Part shown: in pieces, positions 38,496 to 49,866 of the stretch
Layout of the letters: each line of letters opens with the position of its first letter
How positions within the stretch are numbered: the stretch's first letter is position 1
Assembly (NCBI GenBank): GCA_963665295.1
Contig: OY762209.1
Location: 3,904,001 to 3,968,000, forward strand
Length of the DNA: 64,000 bases
From: Syntrophorhabdaceae bacterium
GTDB taxonomy: Bacteria > Desulfobacterota > Syntrophorhabdia > Syntrophorhabdales > Syntrophorhabdaceae
Direction: 5' to 3'
Position numbers and translations under genes: made by a program
The notes under the pieces: model-generated
What the model was told of the DNA's origin: nothing
Seen by the model: the letters and a program-made list of their open reading frames with translations, nothing else
Databases searched by the model: none

Positions 38496-39442
38496 TTTCC
38501 TCTTTCCACTTCCCTGAACTCCGGTTCCTTCTTCCTGCACACGCCGGTGGCGGAAGCACAACGTGGGTGAAACTTACATCCCTCGGGGAGGTCCGACATC
38601 TTCGGGACAAAACCAGGAATAGCCTTGAGGCGGCGCTGGTCGCTCTCTAGCCATACCACGGATTCGAGCAATCCCCTGCTGTAGGGGTGAAGGGGGGAAT
38701 TGAAAAAGTCCTCCACCCGGTTCTGTTCCACCATTCTGCCTGCGTACATAATGCCGATCCTGTCGCCCAGACTCCTTATGATATTCAGATTGTGAGTAAT
38801 GAATATCATGGACATATGATTTGCCGACACCAGTTGCTGCAAGAGGCAGATGATCTGAGACTCCGTGGCGACATCGAGGGCCGTACTGGGCTCATCTGCA
38901 ATAAGAAGCGAAGGGTTGCACGATATGGCTATGGCAATCAAGACCCTTTGTCTCTGACCGCCGCTTAACTGGTGAGGATATTGTGAGAACTTCTGCTCCG
39001 GCTCATCAAACCCCACACTTTTCAACAGGTCCATGGCCCGTCGTTTGATTTCGATCTTACCCAAACCCCTGTGAAGTTCTATTGTTTCGCAAATCTGTTC
39101 CCCAATGCGGAGAACCGGGTTAAGGGCGCTCATGGGCTCCTGGAAGACCATTCCCATCCTGTCCCCTCGTATCTTGTTCATGTCCCTGGCGGGAAGGTCA
39201 AGAAGGTTCTTCTTTTCGAAAAGAACCTGCCCCCCTGCTATCCTGCCGGGAGGGGGTACAAGCCGCATTATGGAAAGGGCGGTCATGGTCTTCCCGGACC
39301 CGCTCTCTCCCACAATCCCGAAAACCTCCCCCCTGTCGAGGGCGAAGTCAACGCCGTCCACAACCCTCACCGCCCTCGAATCAAGCATGAAAGCGGTAGT
39401 GAGGTCATGTACTTCCAACAGTCTGTTCGAGGTCGACTCCAT
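38465..39442 (-). CDS. Oligo/dipeptide ABC ATPase (DppD/OppD-like)
   Basis: GESGSGKT, YPHQLSGGQRQR, CKFHPRC. Confidence 0.9.
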   Translation of the reverse strand: MESTSNRLLEVHDLTTAFMLDSRAVRVVDGVDFALDRGEVFGIVGESGSGKTMTALSIMRLVPPPGRIAGGQVLFEKKNLLDLPARDMNKIRGDRMGMVFQEPMSALNPVLRIGEQICETIELHRGLGKIEIKRRAMDLLKSVGFDEPEQKFSQYPHQLSGGQRQRVLIAIAISCNPSLLIADEPSTALDVATESQIICLLQQLVSANHMSMIFITHNLNIIRSLGDRIGIMYAGRMVEQNRVEDFFNSPLHPYSRGLLESVVWLESDQRRLKAIPGFVPKMSDLPEGCKFHPRCASATGVCRKKEPEFREVERGKWVRCYLYQD

Positions 39443-39492
39443 CGGGTTCCCAGGGCGGTTTTCAAAAACTTTTGATTATTTTAGCCTTATGC

Positions 39493-39520
39493 ATTATACT
39501 AATCCAATATAAAATGGCAA
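39493..39520 (-). promoter_or_regulatory. Sigma70-like promoter for dppD/F
   Basis: TTGCCA-N16-TATAAT. Confidence 0.5.
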
Positions 39521-39785
39521 GGTTTTTGTAACCTATACCGACTTGTGAAGCTTGTCGCAATTGGAAGTAGACGAATAAAAAATAATGGCAATAGCGATTT
39601 CAGAAAGACTAAAGAATGAGCGTGAGGTTTATATTAAAACCGCTGCACAGGCCGAGCCGACCTATCCGGTTGGAGACTGCGGCCTAAATGTGTTCCGCCG
39701 ATTAGTCCCGTTAAGAGCGACGCATCCCATGGCGAGTCTCTGAAGGCTCCCCCGGAAAGGCAGACAAGGTAAACCAAAGAGGTGA

Positions 39786-41255
<1,470 letters not shown>

Positions 41256-41261
41256 GGTGTG

Positions 41262-42806
41262 ATGGATTACCATAAGGAAATAGTTTTAATACTGGACTTC
41301 GGTTCTCAATACACACAGTTGATCGCGCGGAAGGTGCGCGAACTCGGCGTCTACTGTGAAATATATCCTTTCAACCTGAGTTTTGACAAGATTACGTCCA
41401 TGAACCCTAAAGGCATCATCCTTTCGGGAGGGCCAAAGAGTGTCACCGACCTCGATGCCCCTATATGTGATGAGGCGATTTTCTCCCTCGGCGTTCCCAT
41501 ATTGGGCATATGCTACGGGTTACAGCTTATCACCCAGGTATACAAGGGAGCCGTCAACAAATCGACAAAACGTGAGTATGGGAAGGCACACATATTTCTC
41601 GACGGTTCCGACCGGCTGCTTGAGGGAATCAAGGACGGGGATGTCGTCTGGATGAGCCATACCGACAAGATACTGAGCATGCCCGACGGATTCACCACCC
41701 TCGCCCACTCCGACAACTCCCCCCACGCGGCTATAAGGTCTGTGGAAAAGGAAATTTACGGGGTCCAATTCCACCCTGAGGTCCATCATACGCCCAAGGG
41801 AAACCGCATTCTCAAGAACTTCCTCTACAGGATATGCAGGGCAAAAGGACTGTTTTCCCCAAAATCCTTTGTGCAGCTTGCAATCGACCATATAAGGAAC
41901 GAAGTAGGCGATGGAAAGGTGATATGCGCCCTGAGCGGAGGGGTCGATTCTTCTGTCGTGGCCACACTCATCCATGCGGCAATCGGGGATAAGCTGCGTT
42001 GCGTTTTTGTGAATAACGGAGTGCTCAGAAAGGATGAAGAACGTGAGGTCGTCGATATCTTCAAGGACCGTCTTCACCTCAATCTGAAATACGTGGATAG
42101 CACCGACCTGTTTCTTGATGCCCTGAAAGGAGTGAAAGACCCGGAGCGAAAGAGGAAGATTATCGGCCGCCTTTTCATCAAGGTTTTTGACGAAGAAGCC
42201 AGGGCTGACGGCGATGTCCAATACCTCGCCCAGGGGACCCTTTACCCTGACGTTATAGAAAGCACTTCCTTCAAGGGCCCCTCTGCCACCATAAAGAGCC
42301 ATCATAATGTGGGCGGATTGCCCAAGAGGATGAAGTTGAAACTCCTCGAACCCCTTCGGGAACTGTTCAAAGATGAAGTGAGAATCGTCGGAAAGGAACT
42401 CGGCCTGCCCGATAGTCTGGTCCAAAGGCAACCCTTTCCGGGCCCCGGTCTGGCCATCAGGATTATCGGCGATATAACGAGAGATCGCATCAAGATATTG
42501 AAAGAAGCGGACAGCATCGTCAGAGATGAAGTTGAGAGAAAGCACGCCTTTAAACATATCTGGCAATCCTTTGCCATCCTCATCCCCGTGAAAACCGTGG
42601 GCGTTATGGGCGACGAAAGAACGTACGCCAACGTCATTGCCTTAAGGATCGTCGAGAGCGAGGATGCCATGACCGCGGACTGGGCACGGATACCTTACGA
42701 GGTCCTCGATACCATCGCGAGGAGAATAATCAATGAAGTGCCCGGGGTAAACCGGGTGGTGTACGATATATCCTCCAAGCCTCCGAGCACGATCGAGTGG
42801 GAATAG
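41262..42806 (+). CDS. guaA: GMP synthase (glutamine-hydrolysing)
   Basis: [28 protein letters not shown]; alternative GTG start at 41259. Confidence 0.98.
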   Translation: MDYHKEIVLILDFGSQYTQLIARKVRELGVYCEIYPFNLSFDKITSMNPKGIILSGGPKSVTDLDAPICDEAIFSLGVPILGICYGLQLITQVYKGAVNKSTKREYGKAHIFLDGSDRLLEGIKDGDVVWMSHTDKILSMPDGFTTLAHSDNSPHAAIRSVEKEIYGVQFHPEVHHTPKGNRILKNFLYRICRAKGLFSPKSFVQLAIDHIRNEVGDGKVICALSGGVDSSVVATLIHAAIGDKLRCVFVNNGVLRKDEEREVVDIFKDRLHLNLKYVDSTDLFLDALKGVKDPERKRKIIGRLFIKVFDEEARADGDVQYLAQGTLYPDVIESTSFKGPSATIKSHHNVGGLPKRMKLKLLEPLRELFKDEVRIVGKELGLPDSLVQRQPFPGPGLAIRIIGDITRDRIKILKEADSIVRDEVERKHAFKHIWQSFAILIPVKTVGVMGDERTYANVIALRIVESEDAMTADWARIPYEVLDTIARRIINEVPGVNRVVYDISSKPPSTIEWE

Positions 42807-45800
42807 ATGGCCGACTTCGTTCACCTTCACCTTCATACGCAGTTCAGTCTGCTCGATGGAGCCATACGTTTTGACCGCCTGTTCAAGCTCGCGAAAGAAT
42901 ACGGGATGCCCGCGTGCAGCATTACCGACCATGGAAACATGTTCGGAGCAGTCGATTTCTACTTTTCCGCGAAAAGTGCAGGAATAAAGCCGATCATCGG
43001 TTGTGAAGCCTATATCGCGCCCAAATCAAGGTTTGATCAGAAAAAGGTCAAGGGCGAAGACAATGCGTTTCACATACTCCTTCTCGCCATGAATAACGAG
43101 GGATACAGCAACCTGTTGAAGCTGATCAGCTTCGCTCACCTCGAAGGCTTTTATTACGTCCCGAGGATAGACAAGGAACTGTTGAGAAAGTACCATAGCG
43201 GCCTCATATGTCTCACCGCGTGCTTATCGGGCGAAGTCCCGAGCATGATTCTCCGGGGCAACGAAAAGGTCATACATGATACGGTGGAGGAATACTACTC
43301 CATATTCGGGGACAGACTCTACCTTGAACTGCAGGACAACGGGATTCAGGAACAGACAGTAGTAAACAACGGTCTGATCGATCTTTCGAAGCATTACGGG
43401 ATTCCCCTTGTGGCCACCAACGACTGCCATTACCTGAGGAAAGAGGAACATAAGGCCCACGAACTGCTCCTCTGCATACAGACCGGCAAAACGATGAACG
43501 ACAAAGACAGGCTCTCCTTCAGCACCGAGGAGTTTTACTTCAAATCCAGGGAAAAGATGGAATCGGCCTTCTCCCAATATCCCGAAGCGCTGTCGAACAC
43601 CATGAAGATAGCTGAAATGTGCAATGTGGATATCGACGTGGGCACGTACCATTTTCCGGAATTCAAGCCCCCGGAGGGCCTGGAGATCAACGAACATTTT
43701 GAAACGCTCTGCGAGAAAGGGTTTGAAAACCGTGTGGCGCAGATCGCGCTTGCATATGACACCTTTGATGAGCCCTTAAAGCAGACATACAACGAACGCC
43801 TCCTGTACGAGATCGACGTCATCAAGCGGATCGGCTTTGCAAGCTATTTTCTGATCGTATCGGACTTCATCAGATACGCGAAAGCCGAAGGCGTCCCCGT
43901 AGGCCCCGGAAGGGGTTCCGCCGCCGGCAGCCTCGTTGCATACTGTCTCGGGATCACGGACATCGACCCCATAAAGTATGATCTTATTTTTGAAAGATTC
44001 CTTAACCCGGAAAGGGTGAGCATGCCCGATATAGACGTCGATTTCTGCAAGAAGAGACGTGACGAGGTGATCAAGTACGTCACCGAGAAATACGGGAAGG
44101 ACAATGTAGCCCAGATCATCACATTCGGTACCATGCAGTCGAAAGCGGCCGTAAGGGATGTGGGGCGAGCCCTGGGTATTCCTTACGCGGATGTCGATAA
44201 AATAGCAAAATTGGTCACCTCCGCGGACAACGGCATCGAGAAAGCCATAAACGAGGAGCATGAACTCCGCGTGGCGTATCAAACCGACGGCAGGATAAAG
44301 GAACTCCTTGACAATGCCATGGTCCTCGAGGGGCTCGCGCGGCACGCTTCCACCCACGCCGCGGGTATCGTGATCGCCAACAAGCACCTTGCCGAGTATC
44401 TCCCTCTCTACAAAGGCTCCAAGGGCGAGGTAATAACGCAGTTTTCCATGAAGACAATCGAGAAGATAGGCCTTATCAAAATTGACTTCCTCGGCCTTGA
44501 AACCCTCACCATAATGGATGAGGCCATTAAGCTCCTTAAGGGACAAGGAGTCGAACTCGATATCGGCAAGATACCCCTTGACGACAAGAAGACCTATAGC
44601 CTTCTCGCGGCGGGTGATACATCGGGAGTGTTCCAGCTTGAAAGCAGGGGGATGAAGGATTTGCTCACCAAGCTCAAGCCTGCCAAGTTTGAAGATATCA
44701 TGCCCCTTATCGCCCTGTACAGACCCGGACCCTTGAAGAGCGGAATGGTTGACGAATTCATAAAGCGAAAGAACAATCCGTCCCTCGTGAAGTATGAGAC
44801 TCCGCTCCTCGAAGGGGTGCTTAAGGATACCTACGGCGTCATAATCTATCAGGAACAGATTATGAAAATAGCCACGGTCCTTGCGAAATTCTCCATCAAG
44901 GACGCCGATTCGCTCAGGAAGGCTATGAGCAAGAAGATCCCCGAGCAGATCGAGGCATATAAGGAACAGTTTATAACCGGGGCCATTGGAAACGGCGTCG
45001 CTCCTCAGGCAGCCCAGAAGATATATGAAGTCATTCTTCAGTTCGGCGAGTACGGCTTCAATAAGTCTCACAGTACCGCCTATGGCCTTATCTCGTACCA
45101 GACAGCCTATCTGAAGGCACACCATTATGTCCCCTATTTCGCCGCTATCCTTACGAGCGAAGTAAACGATACGGATAAGATGGTGAAATACGTTACGGAG
45201 TGCCGGGAAGACGGCATAGAGATATTGCCGCCCGATATAAACAAAAGCGGCAAATCCTTTTCCGTGGTGGAGAACAAGATAAGGTTCGGGCTTTCAGGTA
45301 TTAAGGGGGTCGGAGACGCCGCCTTGGACGGCATCCTCGCGGTCAGGGATGAGCTGGGGGAATTTACCTCTTTTAACCAGTTCATAAGTGCAATAGATAC
45401 AAGAAAGGCAAACAAGAAGGTTATTGAAAGCCTCATAAAGGCCGGTTGTTTTGACAACATGGGCCTGAAGAGGTCTCAAATATTGTACCAGCTACAGGAA
45501 AAGTCCGACAAACCCCAGAAAAAAGACCAACGAAATCTTTACCAAATGGATATATTCGGCACGGAATACGGTGCCATGGACGCGGCTATAGTACCCGAGA
45601 TGGAGGAACTTCCCCGCGATGAAATACTGAAGGGAGAAAAGGAGGCCCTCGGTTTCTATTTCAGCAGGCACCCGCTGGAGTCATACGAGAACCTTATTAA
45701 AGAGATCACTCCCTATGACAGCCAGAAACTGAAAGAAAACGAAACCTTTGAAGATGTCAACATCGTCGGAATGGTTAATAGCCTGAGAGAGGTGGTGACG

Positions 45801-46256
45801 AAAAGAGGGGACAAGATGGCCTACGTGACCTTTGAGGACACGAAAGGTATACTGGAAGTAATCGTATTCCCCGATCTTTATTCAAAGAACCTCAGCAATA
45901 TCAACAGCGAGAAGCCCCTGATCGTAACAGGGACAGTGGAGAAGGTCGACGAGAGCGGCGCACGCATCAAGGCAAAAGGTATTGTTCTTCTCGAAGACAT
46001 TGTCCGGGAAATGAAGAAAAGAGTAACCTTGAAGATAGATTGCCTGATCTTTCGGAAAGAACACCTGAGGAAGCTGAAAGACATGCTCTTCGGCCTCAGG
46101 GGGAAGGCGTCCGTTTCCCTTGAATTCTTTCTTAATGGGGACAGGGATTCCCTGAACATTAAGAATTTGAGGGTAGACCCCACGAAAATGGACGTAGTGT
46201 TGAAAAACTTCCCGGAAGGCATTTCCATCGAGGTGTTAGATGAGATATTATCTTGA
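42807..46256 (+). CDS. dnaE: DNA polymerase III alpha subunit
   Basis: PHP HLHLHT, GPGRGS, PDIDVDF, YGFNKSH. Confidence 0.98.
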   Translation: MADFVHLHLHTQFSLLDGAIRFDRLFKLAKEYGMPACSITDHGNMFGAVDFYFSAKSAGIKPIIGCEAYIAPKSRFDQKKVKGEDNAFHILLLAMNNEGYSNLLKLISFAHLEGFYYVPRIDKELLRKYHSGLICLTACLSGEVPSMILRGNEKVIHDTVEEYYSIFGDRLYLELQDNGIQEQTVVNNGLIDLSKHYGIPLVATNDCHYLRKEEHKAHELLLCIQTGKTMNDKDRLSFSTEEFYFKSREKMESAFSQYPEALSNTMKIAEMCNVDIDVGTYHFPEFKPPEGLEINEHFETLCEKGFENRVAQIALAYDTFDEPLKQTYNERLLYEIDVIKRIGFASYFLIVSDFIRYAKAEGVPVGPGRGSAAGSLVAYCLGITDIDPIKYDLIFERFLNPERVSMPDIDVDFCKKRRDEVIKYVTEKYGKDNVAQIITFGTMQSKAAVRDVGRALGIPYADVDKIAKLVTSADNGIEKAINEEHELRVAYQTDGRIKELLDNAMVLEGLARHASTHAAGIVIANKHLAEYLPLYKGSKGEVITQFSMKTIEKIGLIKIDFLGLETLTIMDEAIKLLKGQGVELDIGKIPLDDKKTYSLLAAGDTSGVFQLESRGMKDLLTKLKPAKFEDIMPLIALYRPGPLKSGMVDEFIKRKNNPSLVKYETPLLEGVLKDTYGVIIYQEQIMKIATVLAKFSIKDADSLRKAMSKKIPEQIEAYKEQFITGAIGNGVAPQAAQKIYEVILQFGEYGFNKSHSTAYGLISYQTAYLKAHHYVPYFAAILTSEVNDTDKMVKYVTECREDGIEILPPDINKSGKSFSVVENKIRFGLSGIKGVGDAALDGILAVRDELGEFTSFNQFISAIDTRKANKKVIESLIKAGCFDNMGLKRSQILYQLQEKSDKPQKKDQRNLYQMDIFGTEYGAMDAAIVPEMEELPRDEILKGEKEALGFYFSRHPLESYENLIKEITPYDSQKLKENETFEDVNIVGMVNSLREVVTKRGDKMAYVTFEDTKGILEVIVFPDLYSKNLSNINSEKPLIVTGTVEKVDESGARIKAKGIVLLEDIVREMKKRVTLKIDCLIFRKEHLRKLKDMLFGLRGKASVSLEFFLNGDRDSLNIKNLRVDPTKMDVVLKNFPEGISIEVLDEILS

Positions 46257-47199
46257 TTTTGAGAAGAGACTCGAATCCTTGGAGAGAAGGATCGATGAGA
46301 TAAAAAGGTTTTATGATATCAATGACCCTCATTACGCCCGGGAACTGAGTTCCAATCAGAAGAAGATCGGAAAACTCGAGAAAGAGATATACGGCGATCT
46401 GACGCCATGGCAACGGTCCCAGATATCCCGTCACCTGAACAGGCCGCATACCCTCGATTACATCGAAAACCTGTTTTCCGACTTCGTCGAGCTCCAGGGG
46501 GACCGGAAGTTCAGGGACGACCCTGCTATCGTTGCGGGCTTTGCCTTTCACGAAGGTAAGGGCGTCGCGGTTATTGGCCACCAGAAAGGAAAGGACATCC
46601 GGGGCATGGCATTCAGGAACTTCGGTATGGCCCATCCCGACGGTTACAGAAAAGCCATGCGGGTCATGGATATGGCCAACAGGTGGGGAAAACCCATCAT
46701 AACCTTCATCGATACCCCGGGGGCATTTCCCGGCATCGAGGCCGAAGAGAGAGGACAAGCGGAGGCCATAGCGTCGAGCATATTCTTCATGTTCTCTCTC
46801 GATGTACCCGTCATAACCCTCGTTATTGGAGAAGGCGGCAGTGGCGGCGCCCTGGCGATAGGCGTGGGCGATAAGATTCTCATGCTCGAAAACTCCACCT
46901 ATGCGGTAATCTCTCCCGAGGGATGCGCGTCGATTCTCTGGAGGGACGGGTCGAAAGGCCCCCTGGCGGCGGAGGCGTTGAAACCTACATCTTACGACCT
47001 CCTGAAACTCGACGTGATAGACGAGATCATCAAAGAGCCCTTCGGAGGGGCACACAGGAACCTGGCGCAAACCATGGCCAATACGAAACCCGTCCTCACG
47101 AAACATCTGAAGGCCCTTTCGGATATGGACGCCGAGGACAGGAAGCAGAAGCGATACGAAAAATTCAGGGCAATGGGCGTTTTCGAGGAGAGGAGATAA
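46240..47199 (+). CDS. accA: Acetyl-CoA carboxylase carboxyltransferase alpha
   Basis: RNFGM, DTPGA, GEGGSGGAL, ISPEGC. Confidence 0.97.
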   Translation: MRYYLDFEKRLESLERRIDEIKRFYDINDPHYARELSSNQKKIGKLEKEIYGDLTPWQRSQISRHLNRPHTLDYIENLFSDFVELQGDRKFRDDPAIVAGFAFHEGKGVAVIGHQKGKDIRGMAFRNFGMAHPDGYRKAMRVMDMANRWGKPIITFIDTPGAFPGIEAEERGQAEAIASSIFFMFSLDVPVITLVIGEGGSGGALAIGVGDKILMLENSTYAVISPEGCASILWRDGSKGPLAAEALKPTSYDLLKLDVIDEIIKEPFGGAHRNLAQTMANTKPVLTKHLKALSDMDAEDRKQKRYEKFRAMGVFEERR

Positions 47200-48560
47200 T
47201 GAGCCGAATCACGTTCGATATAACCAACGCACTTTCAGCAATCGCGGGAGCAGAAGGAATTGACGAGAGTTCCCTTGCCGACGTAATGGGACGCCTCACG
47301 GAATACAACAAGTCCCTCCATGAGTCGCCCTACCCTTTTATGCGCCTGCCTGCCCTCAAATATCAGTTCGGCGAGATGAAGAGCCTTGCGGCCGCAATGG
47401 AAACGAGGAACATAAAGAACCTCGTTATCCTCGGCATAGGCGGGTCCTCTCTAGGCACCCAGACTATATTCGATGCCCTCCTTCATCCCTTGCACAATAT
47501 GTCCGGCTCTTTCCGAAAAGACCGGCCGAGATTCTTCCTCCTCGACAATATCGACCCTCACAAGATCAACCACATCGCGGAGGTCGTCGAAGCGGAGCGG
47601 GCACAGACCCTTCTCGTGGTGATAAGCAAATCAGGTGAGACCGCGGAGACTATCTCACAATTCATGATATTCAAAGCAATCCTGGAGAAGGACGAAGATT
47701 ACAGTGACAGAGTCGTTCTTATTACCGACGAAAACAAAGGCCTCCTCAACGCCATAGCCCGGCGCGAAGGTTACGCGGTCCTTAATCTCCCTGAAGGTGT
47801 GGGCGGAAGGTTTTCCGTGCTTACCCCGGTAGGGTTTTTCCCTTCCGCGGTTATGGGCATAGATATTGATGAGATAGCGAAAGGCGCCCGGGATATGGCG
47901 GACCATGTCAGGAATGAAGCTCCCACGAAAAACATGGCCCTCACCTCTGCCGCGCTCTTCTACCTTATGGAGAGAAGAGGAAAGAAGATTCATGTCATGA
48001 TGCCGTATTGTGAAAGGCTTTCGGGTTTTGCCGACTGGTTCCGGCAACTGGAGGCGGAAAGCCTCGGAAAGGGACATGGGGGGCCTACGCCCCTGAAATC
48101 CATAGGAGTTACGGACCAGCATTCCCAATTGCAGCTTTATATCGACGGTCCCCGCGATAAGTTCATCACATTCCTTTACTCGCCGGGAGGCAAACGGCCT
48201 ATTCCCGACAGCTTTCCTTATCTCCCGGAAGAGCTCGACTATCTTTCCGGCAAGGACCTGAGTGACCTTTTCCATGCGGAGTTCCTCGGCACTACCCTTT
48301 CCCTGTCGGAGGCAAAGGTACCGAATGTAAGCCTGACTCTCGACGAAGTTGACGGGTATGCCCTCGGTGCTCTCTTCTTCCTTTACGAGATGGTAATCGC
48401 TTTGCTCGGGCGGCTGTACAAGGTCAATGCCTTCGATCAACCCGGAGTGGAATTGGGGAAGATATATTCCAAGGCTATCATGGGCAAGAAGGGCCTCGAA
48501 TCCGCTCTCGGGCAGGCCGGGAAGATTACGGAGGCGGAAAAAACAATACTCAGCTTCTAA
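47199..48560 (+). CDS. pgi: Glucose-6-phosphate isomerase
   Basis: GIGGSSLG, SKSGET, GGRFSV, DQHS, FDQPGVE; ATG 47199 overlaps accA stop. Confidence 0.95.
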   Translation: MSRITFDITNALSAIAGAEGIDESSLADVMGRLTEYNKSLHESPYPFMRLPALKYQFGEMKSLAAAMETRNIKNLVILGIGGSSLGTQTIFDALLHPLHNMSGSFRKDRPRFFLLDNIDPHKINHIAEVVEAERAQTLLVVISKSGETAETISQFMIFKAILEKDEDYSDRVVLITDENKGLLNAIARREGYAVLNLPEGVGGRFSVLTPVGFFPSAVMGIDIDEIAKGARDMADHVRNEAPTKNMALTSAALFYLMERRGKKIHVMMPYCERLSGFADWFRQLEAESLGKGHGGPTPLKSIGVTDQHSQLQLYIDGPRDKFITFLYSPGGKRPIPDSFPYLPEELDYLSGKDLSDLFHAEFLGTTLSLSEAKVPNVSLTLDEVDGYALGALFFLYEMVIALLGRLYKVNAFDQPGVELGKIYSKAIMGKKGLESALGQAGKITEAEKTILSF

Positions 48561-48567
48561 CCCTTTC

Positions 48568-49866
48568 TCACTTCTTGACTCCGGGGCGGCGGCGCTCAAG
48601 CCTTACCTTGGTGATTCTGCGCCCTTCTATGCCGACCACGGTAAACTTATAGCCCGCCACGTAGACCATCTCACCGCCCCTCGCAATCCCCTGAAGCTGG
48701 CTCAATATGAAACCCCCCAGCGTCTCGTAGTCGGGGGCCTCGGGGAGATCAAGGTCCATCTTGCTGTTCAGATCTCTGATGGAATATGCGGCATCTACAA
48801 TCACCGAACCGTCTTTCAGTCTCTCCATCCTGTCGTCCACGTCGGTCTCGTCCATTATTTCCCCGAAGATCTCTTCCATAATATCTTCGAGGGTCACTAT
48901 GCCCACAGTAGTACCGTATTCGTCCACAACCACCGCCATATGGGAGCGTCTTCTCTGCATCTCTTTGAGGAGGACGCTTATTTCCATGGTATCGGGCACG
49001 AAAAACGGCTTTTTGAGGAGCTTCTCGAGATCGAAGGCTTCCTTCAACCAGATGTGCCGGGTAATATCCTTATGATAGACGATGCCCGTTATGTTGTCGG
49101 GGTGGTCTTTGAACACGGGGTACCGCGAATACTCATTTTCAATGATGTACTTGAGGATCTCATCCTTGCTTTCGTCTATGTCTATTGCATAAATGTTCGG
49201 TCTCGGGACCATGATCTCTTTGACGAGCCTGTCGGCGAATTTGAAGACCCCGTGAATAAGTTCCTCTTCGGTCCGGTCAAAGACCCCTTTTCTTCTCCCC
49301 TCCTCGATGAGTATTTTGATCTCACTCTCTCCCACATGGTCTTCGCTTCTCTTAAGGCTCAGCCCCCTGACGATGGCCATAGTCGAAAAGGTTAGAAAAT
49401 TCACAGCGATAAAGAGCACTCTTGAAGTAAATTCAAAGATCGGTGCAATCCTCAAAGCCACGGCTTCCTTGTAGTTCATGCCGATATATTTCGGCACCAA
49501 TTCCCCCACGACAAGGAAGAGATAGGTGAGGACGGCCACCACTCCCACGAGGGCAAGTGTCTCCGACACGTCTCTCGGGAGCACCGTAGTCAGGAGGGGG
49601 CTCACATATTTGACCGAAATCATGCCGCCTATGGCGGAGGCAAGGGTTCCGAAGAGCGTAATGCCCACTTGCACGGCGGAGAGAAACTTCTCCGGGTTTT
49701 CCTTCATGTCAAGCAAGACTTGCGCCTTCCTGTCCTTCTTTTCGCGCAGAATCTCCTTTAGCTTGCTTTTCCTCGAAGAGACTATTGCAATCTCTCCGGC
49801 CGAGAAAACGCCGTTCGCCATTATAAGAACCACGATGAGCAGTACTTCTATCGTAGCGTTACTCAT
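48568..49866 (-). CDS. HlyC/CorC (DUF21-CBS-CorC) transporter-associated protein
   Basis: QVGIT, GELVPK, MVPR, VVDEYG, TLGG. Confidence 0.92.
   Translation of the reverse strand: MSNATIEVLLIVVLIMANGVFSAGEIAIVSSRKSKLKEILREKKDRKAQVLLDMKENPEKFLSAVQVGITLFGTLASAIGGMISVKYVSPLLTTVLPRDVSETLALVGVVAVLTYLFLVVGELVPKYIGMNYKEAVALRIAPIFEFTSRVLFIAVNFLTFSTMAIVRGLSLKRSEDHVGESEIKILIEEGRRKGVFDRTEEELIHGVFKFADRLVKEIMVPRPNIYAIDIDESKDEILKYIIENEYSRYPVFKDHPDNITGIVYHKDITRHIWLKEAFDLEKLLKKPFFVPDTMEISVLLKEMQRRRSHMAVVVDEYGTTVGIVTLEDIMEEIFGEIMDETDVDDRMERLKDGSVIVDAAYSIRDLNSKMDLDLPEAPDYETLGGFILSQLQGIARGGEMVYVAGYKFTVVGIEGRRITKVRLERRRPGVKK

Noticed and set aside
43776..45125. 449-aa antisense ORF within dnaE (similarly 41520-42566, 47655-48599, 51857-53131, 60684-61589)
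   Set aside because: Shadow ORFs opposite conserved genes; no recognisable motifs
42807..46256. Intein or split in dnaE
   Set aside because: Normal length (1149 aa) with continuous motifs
46923..47198. N-terminal extension of pgi (also leuB from 1065, pilA from 37606, pilM from 15137, pilW from 31219)
   Set aside because: Longest-ORF artefacts; downstream ATGs have an RBS or stop overlap and match family N-termini
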